A DNA stretch of 64,000 nt from Heterodontus francisci (lineage: Eukaryota), in NCBI RefSeq assembly GCF_036365525.1, contig NC_090404.1, positions 6,324,001-6,388,000 on the forward strand. Reading direction: 5' to 3'. Under the pieces are notes generated by a model. That model saw nothing but the letters and a program-made list of their open reading frames with translations, did not search any database and was not told the DNA's origin. Made by a program: the position numbers and the translations under genes. Position 1 is the first letter of the stretch; each line of letters begins with the position of its first letter. This document shows, in pieces, positions 1 through 11,639 of this stretch.

Positions 1-1290
1 CATGGCCCCTTTTAGCCCTCTTCATTCCTCGTTTCAGATTGGTCCTACATTCCCGATATTCTTTCAAAGCTTCGTCTTTCTTCAGCCTCCTAGACCTTAA
101 GTATGCTTCCTTTTTCCTCTTAGCTAGTCTCACAATTGCACCTGTCATCCATGGTACCCTAATCTTGCCATTTCTATCCCTCATTTTCACAGGAACATGT
201 CTCTCCTGCACGCTAATCAACCTCTCTTTAAAAGCCTCCCACATATCACATGTGGATTTACGATCAAACAGCTGCTCCCAATCTGCATTCCCCAGCTCCT
301 GCCGAATTTTGGTATAGTTGGCCTTCCCCCAATTTAGCACTCTTCCTTTAGGACCACTCTCGTCTTTGTCCATGAGTATTCTAAAACTTACGGAATTGTG
401 ATCACTATTCCCAAAGTAGTTCCCTACTTAAACTTCAACCACCTGGCCGGGCTCATTCCCCAACACCAGGTCCAGTATGGCCCCTTCCCGAGTTGGACTT
501 TTTTTTTTAGAGATACAGCACTGAAACAGGCCCTTCGGCCCACCGAGTCTGTGCCGACCATTAACCACCCATTTATACTAATCCTACACTAATCCCATAT
601 TCCTACCACATCCCCACCTGTCCCTATATTCCCCTACCAACTACCTATACTAGGGGCAATTTATAATGGCCAATTTACCTATCAACCTGCAAGTCTTTTG
701 GCTGTGGGAGGAAACCGGAGCACCCGGAGGAAACCCACGCAGACACAGGGAGAACTTGCAAACTCCACACAGGCAGTACCCAGAATTGAACCCGGGTTGC
801 TGGAGCTGTGAGGCTGCGGTGCTAATCACTGCGCCACTGTGCCGCCCGACTATTTACATACTGCTCTAGAAAACCCTCCTGGATGCTCCTTACAAATTAT
901 GCTCCATCTAGACCTCTAACACAAAGTGAATCCCAGTCAATGTTGGGAAAATTAAAATCTCCTATCACCACCACCCTGTTGCTCCTACATCTTTCCATAA
1001 TCTGTTTACATATTTGTACCTCTATCTCACGCTCGCTGTTGGGAGGCCTGTAGTACAGCCCCAACATTGTTACCGCACCCTTCCTATTTCTGATTTCTGC
1101 CCATATTGCCTCACTGCTCGAGTCCTCCATAGTGCCCTCCTTCAGCACAGCTGTGATATCCTCTTTGACCAGTAATGCAACTCCTCCACCCCTTTTACCT
1201 CCCTCTCTATCCCGCCTGAAGCATCGATATCCTGGGATATTTAGTTGCCAATCATGCCCTTCCCTCAACCAAGTCTCAGTAATAGCAATA
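1..1290 (-). mobile_element. CR1-clade LINE ORF2 fragment (APE endonuclease region), interrupted by a SINE
   Basis: ORF 897..1268(-) has GYRCFRRDR..GGGVALLVK, GLYYRPP and VVIGDFNFP APE motifs; it runs off the left edge and is homologous to the CR1 at 55.8-58.5 kb. Confidence 0.9.
500..847 (-). mobile_element. HE1-type tRNA-derived SINE inserted in CR1
   Basis: Reverse complement starts GGGCGGCACAGTGGCGCAGTG; CR1-like 3' tail; flanked by GACT duplication (496-499 / 848-851). Confidence 0.85.
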
Positions 1291-1622
1291 ACAATCTGAA
1301 ATAATAATCCTCCCCCAACCCTTTTCTTTTGAAGTGGGCATTAAAGCTCCCATGGTTCTACACTGTGTCCTGGACAACATTCCTCCCTCCAACCAACATC
1401 AACTAAAATACGTTAACAGGAATTGAACCGCGTTGCCCTGTTCCAAAAGTATCGATGCACTAATCGGCCACGTTCATCTGGAATTAGTTACACTTTAAAA
1501 CCTTTGGTACCTCCCACAGAAGGTGATGAGCTGGTAAATCACTGCAAGTTGTTTTTTGATACATTACTGTTAGAAACAATAACTGACATCGACATTTTCA
1601 CAATAGGAGCAATGGCAAAGTC

Positions 1623-1641
1623 TGGCCAGCAGATGGCAGTG
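1623..1641 (+). promoter_or_regulatory. CTCF-like motif
   Basis: TGGCCAGCAGATGGCAGTG matches the CCASYAGRKGGCRS core exactly. Confidence 0.6.
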
Positions 1642-1689
1642 AAAGCTTAATTCGTGACACGAAACAGGCGCTGCCTCACTGCACCGGAG

Positions 1690-4625
1690 CCTCTCCCTGT
1701 TTATGTTACACTTCGACTCTGTCTTTGTCTATATTACAGTTTACCATGTCTCTGTTTATATTACTCTAGACAATGTCTCTGTTTATGTTAAACTAGAGCC
1801 TGCCTCTGTTTATATTACACTGGACCGAGACTCTGTTTATATTACTCTCGACAATGTCTCTGTTTATGTTACACTGGACCCTGTCTCTGCGTATATTAGA
1901 ATAGACCCTGCCTCTGTGTATATTACATTTGTACCCTTTCTCTGTTTATATTACACTTAGGCACTGTCTCTGTCTGTATTACACTATACCATGTCTCTGT
2001 TTAAATTAACCTAGACCCCGGCTCTGTTTATATTACACTGGAGCCAGACTCTGTTTATATTACACTCGACCCTCTCTCTGTTTATATCAGAATCAACCCT
2101 GTCTCTGTTTATATTACATTTAGACCCTGTCTGTGTTTATGTTACATGAAATTCTGTCGCTGTTTATATTACACTTCGACACTGTCTCTGTTTATATTAC
2201 TCTAGCTCATGTCTCTGTTTATGTTACACCAGACACTGTCTCTATTTACATTTCACTGGACCATGTCTCTGTTTATATTTCACTAGACCCTGTCTATGTA
2301 CATATTCATATATATTACTCTAGACACTGTCTCTGTTTATATTACACCAGACCATGTCTCTGTTTATATTACTCTAGATCATGTCTCTGTTTATATTACA
2401 GACGGCCTTCACTCACTGCATTTTGACATGACCATATAAATGGAGACAGGGTCCAGTGTAATATAAACATAGATGGTCAATCTTATGGTAAACAGAAACT
2501 CCAGCTCTTATAGCAATAACTGCAAAAGGGCCGAGTGAAGCTAATAAGGCTACAGGACTGGAATAAAATAAACTGAGACAGGGCCTAGTCCAGTGATTAC
2601 TGATACAGGGTCTAGATTAATATAAAACGTGACAGGCCCTAGTGCAGGAATTATTGATACAAGGTCTAGATTATATTTATATTAATAAACTGAGACAGGG
2701 CCTCGTGTAGGAATTAGTGATACAGGAACTATATTAATACAAAGTAAGACAAATCCTGGGCCATCGATGACTTCAATGAGATCACCTATCATTCTTCTAA
2801 ATTCTAGAGAACGTGGGCCCAGTCTTGTCAATCTCTCCTCACAGCACAATCCCTCCATACCAGGGATCAGTCTAGAGAACATTTGTTAACTACTCTTGAT
2901 GGCCATTTCATATGTCAACCACATTGCTGTGGAGCTGGTAGGCTGCCGTGACATGCAGGCCAGACAAGGTAAAACAACAGATTTCCTTCACTAAAGGAAC
3001 CAGGTGGGTTTTCACAACAACGATACCATTATTCAACATGCTTCCAAATCGAATATCACTACCTACTTCGGTGGGATTCGAAACCACGGCCTCAGGATTT
3101 CAACCCGGCCTCAGCTGTAGTAACTTAGTGACAGAACTACTATAACACCAGCTTTGCACAGCATAGCTCCTTTATTCCTATACTCAAATCCTCTTGTATT
3201 AAGGGCCAACATGCTATTTGCCTTCCTAATTGCCTGCTGCACTGCATGTGAGCTTTCAGTGACTTATGAAAAAGGACACCCACGTTCCTTTGGACATCAC
3301 CACTTCCCAATCGCTCACCATTTAAGAAATACTCTGCATTTCTGTTTTTCCGACTAAAGTGGGCAACTACACATTTTTCCACATAATATTCCATCTGCCA
3401 TGTTCTTGCCTACACACTTAGCTGTCTAAATCCCCTTGAAGCCTATTTTCATCTTCCTCACAACTCGCATTCCCACTTAGTTTTGTGTCATTAGCAAACT
3501 TAGAAATATTATACTGATCCTTGCGGTACCTCACTAGTCACAGCCTGCCAATCTGAGAATGACCTGTTGATACCTACTTTCTGTTTTCTGTCTGTTAACC
3601 AATTCTCAATCAATGCCGGTATATTACCTGCAATCCCATGTGGTCGGATTTTGCTTACTAACCTGTCTGGGACCTTATCGAAAGCCTTCTCAAAATCCAA
3701 ATACACCACATCCACTGTTTCCCTTTATCCATTCTGCTAGTTACATACTCAAAAAAGTCTGTCAGGTTTGTCAGCCATGATTTCCCCTCAATAAATCCAT
3801 GTTGACTACGTCCAATCTTACCATATGTTATAACTGTCCAGTTATTACATTATGTATAATAGATTCTAGCATTTTCCCTACTACTGATGTCAGGTTAACA
3901 GGTCTGTCGTTCCCCATTTTCTCCTTCCCTCCTTTCTTAAATATTACACTAGACCCTGTCTCAATTTATATTGAACTAGACCCTGTCTCTGTTTATATTA
4001 GACTAGACACTGACTCAGTTTATTTTAATCCAGACCTGTCTCACTTTATATTAATCTAGTTCCTGTATCAGTCATTCCTGCACTATCTCCTGTCTCAGTT
4101 TATATTAATCCAGACCCTGCATCGGTATTTCCTACTCGAGGCCTTGTCTCACTTTACACTAATCTGGACCTTGTATCAGTAATCACTGGAATATGCCCCG
4201 TCTCAGTTTACTTTATTTCAGTCCTGTCGCTGTCTTAGCTTCATTTGGTCCTGTCTCAGTTATTGCTGCAATATCCAGTGTTTCTGTTTACCATACAATT
4301 GACCATTTCTGTTCATATTGCTCTGGACCATGTCTCTGTTTTTATTACACTCGGCCCTCACTCACTTCATTTCGCCATGACCATATCTTTTTTTAATATA
4401 TTACACTAGGCCACCCTTAGGTCCTAGTTTATATTACTGGAGAACATGTCTAGATTATTAGTGAGCTAGACCATGCCTCTGTTAATTTTACACTAGGCAT
4501 TGTCTCAGTTATTACTGCACAAGTCTTAAGTTATATTATACACAGCCCAGTCTCAGTCAAGAGTGCACTCTATCCTGTCACTTTTTATATTACATTAGGT
4601 CCTATCTTATTTATTGCTGCACTGT
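1690..4625 (+). repeat. 27-bp satellite (CTCTGTTTATATTACACTAGACCCTGT), degenerate, interrupted by LINE/SINE pieces
   Basis: Recurring unit that gives (VSVYITLDP)n pseudo-ORFs on the + strand. Confidence 0.9.
2765..3945 (-). mobile_element. Degenerate CR1 RT fragment with a nested SINE-like piece
   Basis: ORFs with DVVYLDFEKAFDKVP, SEVPQGSV and FSRLIPGMEGL..EERL motifs. Confidence 0.8.
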
Positions 4626-5189
4626 AAAACATCCCATAGAAAGATAGATAGATAGACATACAGACAGTGAGAGTCATTTGTATTATTATGTATAAGAATA
4701 TACGTTTATATGTGAGGATTTAATCATTTTTGGTTGGAAGAATACATTTAGTCTTGTGGTTAGCTATCAGCAGTTGTGTGAAATTTCTAATTCCTCTGGT
4801 ATTATGTGGGTAATATTTGTGTTGAAAGGTTGGGGTGAATCTTGAAACAATCGCCCAGAGATGAACTGGGATTGAGGGACAGGAGTAAAGGTGAGCACTG
4901 CACTGCACTGTATATTACTTAGTGACAAAATCTGTTGTGTTAAAGTTTATTAATTCATAATTATGTTGTACTGTGTCCATTGCTGTCAGTTTGTTTTAAC
5001 GTTAAGGACCTTTTTTCTGCAGGATTTGTTAGTTATCTTCCACCTGACCCATTGCTTGTGTTAGACAGAGTCTGGAACCGTGTTCTCACAGCACCACCAG
5101 ATGGGCTGCCGTAGGGTCCTAATGTGCACCCGATTAGATATCTCTCATCTCATTAAGAGGTGCAATGGAAAACAGCTCACATAAAATGT

Positions 5190-5500
5190 GTTCAATGTGT
5201 ATGTGTGTATCTTTGTGTGTGTATGTGTGAGGATGTGGGTGTATAGGTGGCTTTGTGTGTGTATTTGTGGTGGGGGGGCGGTATGTGTGTTCATGTGAGT
5301 GGGTGTGTATGTGTGGGTGTATGTGCATGTGTGGGTGTATGAGTGTGTGTGGGTGCAGGTGGCAGGTGGCTGTGAGTGTGTGAGTTATGTGTGTTTATTT
5401 TTGTGAGTCTGTGCTGTGTGGATTCCTGTGTGTAGGGGATAGATGTGTGTGTTGTGTGTATGTGTGTGGGTGCATAGTGTGCACATGTTGTATGTGGGTG
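5190..5500. repeat. Imperfect GT-rich microsatellite
   Basis: Dense TG dinucleotide runs. Confidence 0.85.
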
Positions 5501-5819
5501 AAGCATAATTCTTAATGCTTGCAATGATTTCCATCAAGATAAGTGATTATGTCAACCAAGTGTTTTTTCTCAGTATTTTATTCAATTTTGATTTATTAAA
5601 AATGTAATAACATTGAAAATCATCTAATAACAGTAACAACTATTCACAACCCATTCTGTCGTGTGCTCTTCCTTAGAAAATGGTCTTACACTGACCATTC
5701 CGTTACCAATGCGAGCACGTCTGTCACAGAACTCACTGAACCTTTCTCCTCTCTCTTAGTCACTACCAACCTCACTGAACCTCTTTTCTCTCTCTTGGAC
5801 TGAACTCACTGAACCTCTC

Positions 5820-5845
5820 CCCCCTCTGTCTCTCTTCCTCTCTCG

Positions 5846-5876
<31 letters not shown>

Positions 5877-5892
5877 TCTGTCTCTCTCTTTC
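5820..5892. repeat. (CT)n microsatellite
   Basis: Direct observation. Confidence 0.9.
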
Positions 5893-6639
5893 AGACAGAC
5901 GTTGACTCACTTAAAATGTCCCATTTTCCAATAATTCTCTTTGGGGTCAAATCATTCTGTTAATTTCCTCTCATTTCTCCCAGTGATAATCCTCATATCA
6001 TCTCCCATTTCAGTGAATAGATTAAAACCCAAATAAGCTTATGTCCTTTATTCTTTAAAATGTGAGTGAAGGTGAATGCAATGTTGAGACTAGAAACAAT
6101 CTGTGAGCTAGTTCTTGGTGCTGTCAGAGTGAATCCACCGTCAGAGGCAGGAAGACTGTTCATGTTCATAACCTGAAACTGACACCTGCTATTTCATTCT
6201 CCAGCAACACAGCTTCCTGTTTCTCTGCTGCCGGTTCCAAACCACACATCTCACTTCTGAGCAGAAAATAAATCCAGGGCCCACAATCTGTTAGAAACAT
6301 CTGCCAAGGTGGCCTATATCTGTCCACAGAGTCGGTGCAGAGTCACACAGATCACATTGTGGTGACATTTACAAATGAACCTGTTGTTTCTGTTTCGAGT
6401 CACCATTCCCGGACAGAACTGGCAGTGTCTGTGTATAAGTCACTAATCTCCCTCTGCTCTCTGAAGCCGGGAGCTAGTAGCTTGCTCCCTTTCATTTTAA
6501 ATCATTCTCTCTATGCGTTCTTTGTTCCCTCTATTACTTAGCTTTTATCTCTCATTGCCTCGTGTTCTGCCTTTATTGAAGTCACTCTCAGTTTTTCTCT
6601 CCCTCGTTTTCTCCTATCTTTCTCCACCTGTGTGTTCCT

Positions 6640-7030
6640 ATTTAAAAGGCTCAAAATAATGAGGGATTTTTGATAGATTAAACAAGGACAAACAGCGGTT
6701 GTCGTCTTTAAAACCAGGAACGTTAAGGGGAGATTTAATAGAAGTGTGCAAAATCCGGAAGGATTTTTGATCGAGTAGATAGGGAGAAACTGTTTCCAAT
6801 AGCAGGAGAGTTTGTAACCAGAGGGCACAGAGATTTAAGATTTTTGGCAATAGAACCAGTAGGAGAGATGAGGAGAATTTTGTTTTTTCACGGCAATTTG
6901 TTGTGATCTGGAATGTACAGCCCGAAAGGGCGCTGGAAGCAGATTGAACAGTAACTTTCAAAGGGAATTGAATAAATACCTGAAGGGAAGCTAATTAGCA
7001 GCGTTATGGGGAATGGGCCTAATTGGACAG
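6640..7030 (+). mobile_element. CR1 3' fragment
   Basis: Degenerate RLRGDLIEV..KI / TRGHRFK / FFTQRVV..WN-type coding sequence. Confidence 0.7.
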
Positions 7031-7189
7031 CTCACTCATTTTTGCAGTGCTCTGAATTTTCCTCTGGTGAGGTTTGGAAGTTTGATTTTTTCAGTCATCA
7101 TGTGCCTTAAACAGAAGATTTAAAACATTGGTTTTTACGAACGGTCAGATCCGGCCCCTATGTTTCTTTGTAACACGGCGACTGCAAAA

Positions 7190-7650
7190 TAGAAAAAGAA
7201 AGACTTGTATTTATATAGTGCCTTTCACAACAACCCGACGTCTCAAAATGATTTACAGCCAATGAAGGACATTTGAAGTGCGGTCACTGTTGTCATATAG
7301 GAAGGTCAGCAGCGAATTTGCAAACAGCAATGTAATAATGTGAAGATAATCAGTTTTTGTGACGTTGATCGAAGGATAAATGTGCGCCAAGAAAGCGATG
7401 ATAGCTCCCTTTCTCATCTTCTAAATAGCATTTGACATTCACCGTCCTAATAAGACTGTTTTTTTTTGATATTCATCCAAGCAGGCAGGCGGGCTTCTGT
7501 GTAACATCCAATCTGGAAGGCAGCACCGGTGGCAGTCCAGCACTCTACTACAGTGTCAGCCTTGATTTACCTACTCAAGCTCTGGAGTGAGTTTTGAACT
7601 CAAAAGCTTATGATTCAGAGACGAGCATGTTACCAACTGAGGCACAGCTG
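7190..7650 (-). mobile_element. Old SINE (Deu/SacSINE-like), related to 21360-21800 and 62780-63215
   Basis: Shared blocks such as TTGCATTTATATAGCGCCTTT and CAGCCAATGA..TTTGAAGTG, and a tRNA-like end. Confidence 0.55.
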
Positions 7651-10600
7651 ACAGCTGCGAAAAAGCAAAAAGGAACAGATTCTTTTCAGCTCCTCTGAGA
7701 GATGCACCATTGTCACCTCAGATATCAGAAATCTCTGGAGTCCACCATGTTTCCACGGTCATCCCCTTTTTGTATCAACTTAGTCAGGTGGAGTCGGTCA
7801 CACGGGCCTCTGTCATGATGTTTCCACTCCTATTTTGTCACACAAATCCCTGTGGTACTCACCAGAACACAAAAGCCTACATTAGGCCCAAAATATCATG
7901 GCTTCCCTGCACCTTGTCTTCCTGTTGCAATCGGGTGTTTATTGCTTCCCTCAATGTAAGAGTTCTTGCAGTAAAAGCAGCCTCTGTTACTGATACCCTG
8001 GAGCCGGCCTCTGTGATTATTATTATACCAGGTCCCAGTCTGCTCTGGGCCTTGCAGTTGTAACTCCCTTCATAAATCCAAGGGGGAAGAAGTTGGTTTT
8101 TTTAGGAGTGGGTGGGCACGTCAAACCTGCAATGATGCCCCAGGAACCCCGGCCTCGCTGGATGGAGAAGCTGTCCAGAATTGTTCCTTCTGTCAACCCC
8201 CTCACTCCTTCTGAGTCTAAGAAATTAGTAGGCTAAAGAAGAGAAGGACTTGCATTTATACTGGCACTGGGCCCATTGGCCTAGATTATGTGGTCGAATC
8301 TCTGGAGTGGGACTTAAACCCACAATCTTCTGACTCAGGGGTGAGAGTGTCACGAATTAGTCCATGCTGACATGATCCATTCCCATCAGTTCCCATTGCA
8401 CTAAAACGTCCCTGTGTTATGACACTAATTCCATCCCATGCATATTGCAGTCGTCCTTGACGCTGTTATTAGGCATTAGGCAAAGCATTTGCTGTTATGT
8501 CAATAGGTTCTGACTCACGGGCCCTATTATATGAGACCAAAACATTGATTTGGGGCACTAGATACATCATCTTGGATCCAGTGATGTGTTCTGTAATATA
8601 TTGCAGCTTGCCTCTGTTATTATTGGATCAAACAGTCTCTTTGTTATGCTCAAAGTAAGCCTAGTCTTTGATGTTATACTCTATGTCCTGCCTCCACTCT
8701 TATTTTAATAGACCCGGTTTCTGTAATTGTTACACATAGTCGCTGTTATTATTAGAAAAATACCATGTCTGTGATTCCAATTCAAGTGCACACCTCTATT
8801 ATTATTGCTGGAAACTTTGGCTCTGTCAGTTTTCAATAAAAATCTGTTTCTGGTATTGTTAAAGTTGACCCTGCTTCTCTTAGTCTTACACTGCAACGTC
8901 TTTCAGTTATTATTGTACAAAGTATTGTTTCAATTATTATTATATAAAACATGTTTATTCTAGTTTCACCTTAGGTCCTGTCTCTCTGTTATTACTGCAC
9001 TAGCCCATATCTCTGTTTATATTACATGGTATTAAATAATCTGCAATTATAGTTCGAATAACAGGAAATAAAATGCAGAAATTTTTTGGTGAAATAGTTA
9101 TATATCTTTGTGGAAAGACCTTGCAATCATTGCGGATTATTTATTTGGCCCCAACACACACACACACACACATTTGCATACATAACGCATTGTGTGTTCT
9201 CATTTCAGTTGATGAGATGCGAGTGAATATGGTGGACTTTAGGACCCTGCGGCAGCCCGTTGGTTGGTGCTACGAGGTCACTTTTCCAGGCTGTTTCGAA
9301 CACAATCACTGGGTCATGTGAAAGCTAAACTGATAATCCCGCAGTGGAAAAAATTCCTTTACATTAAAAACCGAGCAATTGTCACAGTGCAACACACGTG
9401 AATTAGTAAACTTTAACACAACAGAGTTTGTCACTAAATCGCGTGAAACGCAGTGCACTATTACTGACCTTTAGTCCAGTCCCTCAATCCCAATCCGTCT
9501 CTGGGAGATTGTTACGAGATTCACCCCATCTTTTCAGCACAAATATTCGCCACATTGTACCAGAGCAATTAGAAATTTCACAGCTACTGATCGCTATTAA
9601 CAAGATTAAACATATTCTTCCATAGAGAAAATTATCGCACCCTCTCACACACACAAATATATGAGGTAGAAACTGGTCTCAGGCACTGGCACAGAATGGA
9701 CAGTATTGGATTGACCGCCCGGTATTGGAAGCGCTTGAGATTTAATTTTCTAATGGAACCGAATATCAGGCGCTGCATAGAATGGGTGGATGAGCAAATA
9801 GCGCCCGTTTTGGGCCGGCACCCGAGACCAATTTCCAGTCGAACATCTTTATTTATAATAACATATCTTCATCTCATAGAGACATGGCCTAGTGCAGTGA
9901 TAGCCCGACAGGGTCTAGTGTAATATAAACAGAGACAGGGTCTAGTGTAATATAATCAGAGACAGGGTCTAGTGTGATATAAACAGAGACAGGGTCTAGT
10001 GTGATATAAACAGAGACAGGGTCTAGTGTGATATAAACAGAGACAGGGTCTAGTGTAATATAAACAGAGACAGGGTCTAGTGTAATATAAACAGAGACAG
10101 GGTCTAGTGTAATATAATCAGAGACAGGGTCTAGTGTGATATAAACAGAGACAGGGTCTAGTGTGATATAAACAGAGACGGGGTCTAGTGTGATATAAAC
10201 AGAGACAGGGTCTAGTGTAATATAAACAGAGACAGGGTCTAGTGTAATATAAACACAGACAGGGTCTAGTGTAATATAAACAGAGACAGGGTCCAGTGTG
10301 ATATAAACAGAGACAGGGTCTAGTGTGATATAAACAGAGACAGGGTCTAGTGTGATATAAACAGAGACAGGGTCTTGTGTAATATAAACAGAGACAGGGT
10401 CTAGTGTAATATAAACAGAGACAGGGTCTAGTGTGATATAATCAGAGACAGGGTCTAGTGTAATATAAACAGAGACAGGGTCTAGTGTAATATAAACAGA
10501 GACAGGGTCTAGTGTGATATAAACAGAGACAGGGTCTAGTGTAATATAAACAGAGACGGGGTCTAGTGTGATATAAACAGAGACAGGGTCTAGTTTAATA

Positions 10601-11639
10601 TAAACAGAGGCAGGATCGAGTGTAATATCAACAAATGCAGGGTATAATGTAATATCACCAGAGACAGGGTCTTGTGTAATATAATCAGAGACAGGGCCTA
10701 GTGCAGAAAGAACAGAGAAAGGGCCTAGTGTAATATAAACTGAGACACGGTGAAGTCTGGTGATAACTGACACAGGGTCCAGTGTAATTTAAACAGAGGA
10801 CACAGCGAAGTGCAGTGATCACTGTGACAGGGTCCAGTGTAGTATAAACCGAGAAAGGTTTTAGTGTAATATAAACTGACAAGGTCTAGTTTAATGTAAA
10901 CAGAGACAGGGCCGAGTGTAATAGAAACAGAGATAGGGCCTAGAGCAGTAAGAACAGAGATAGGTTCTAGCATAATATAAACAGAGACACGGCGAAGTCC
11001 AATGATAACTGAGACAGAGTTGAGTGTAATATAAACTGCGGCAGGTGCTAGCATAATATAATATGAGACAGGGCACACTGCAGTTATAACTGAGATAGGA
11101 TTACGTGTAATATAAACAGAGATAGGGCCTAATGTTACATGAACAGAGACGGGCCTATTGGGTTTAGTGGAATATAAACAAAGACTGGAAATAGTGTAAT
11201 ATAAACAGAGGCAGGGCCTAGTGCAGTAAGAACAGAGATAGGATCTCATATAATATAAACAATGGCAGGGCCAACACAATATTAACGCAGAGGGAGGGCC
11301 TAGTTTAATATAAAGAAACATGTTTCAGTGGAGTAATAACAGGGACCTTCTCTAGTATAACATGAACAGAGAAAGAGCCCTACTTTAATATAAATAGAGC
11401 AACAGCCTAGTGGAATATAAACAGAGAAAGAGCCTAGCATAATGTAGCCAACACACGTTTTAGTGTACTATAAACAGGACGGGTCTGGTATAATAAAAGC
11501 AGAGAAAGAACCTGGTGTAATATAAACAGAGACACGGCGAAGTCCAGTGAAAACTGAGGAAGGGTCTAGTGTAATATAAACAGAGACATTGGCTTGTCCA
11601 GCATGAATTGAGAATGGGTTTAGTGTAGTATAAACCAAT

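Larger units (their letters stand above)
1297..5200. repeat. Inverted segmental duplication arm (partner about 9170-18365)
   Basis: 1297-1690 is the reverse complement of 17820-18365 minus an insert; 4720-5170 is the reverse complement of 9200-9640; the 27-bp satellite between them runs in opposite polarity. Confidence 0.85.

Noticed and set aside
9383-9425. CACAGTG as an orphan RSS or pseudo-V end
   Set aside because: No nonamer at 12 or 23 bp; upstream sequence does not translate as a V domain
9905-10620. 27-bp satellite as a CRISPR array or an array of RSSs
   Set aside because: No unique spacers and the DNA is eukaryotic; CAC/AGTG cores have no nonamer at 12 or 23 bp
9889-10773. 294-aa ORF of (VSVYITLDP)n and many similar ORFs
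   Set aside because: Artefact of a 27-bp satellite (a multiple of 3); neighbouring units are full of stops and frameshifts; no promoter or splice context
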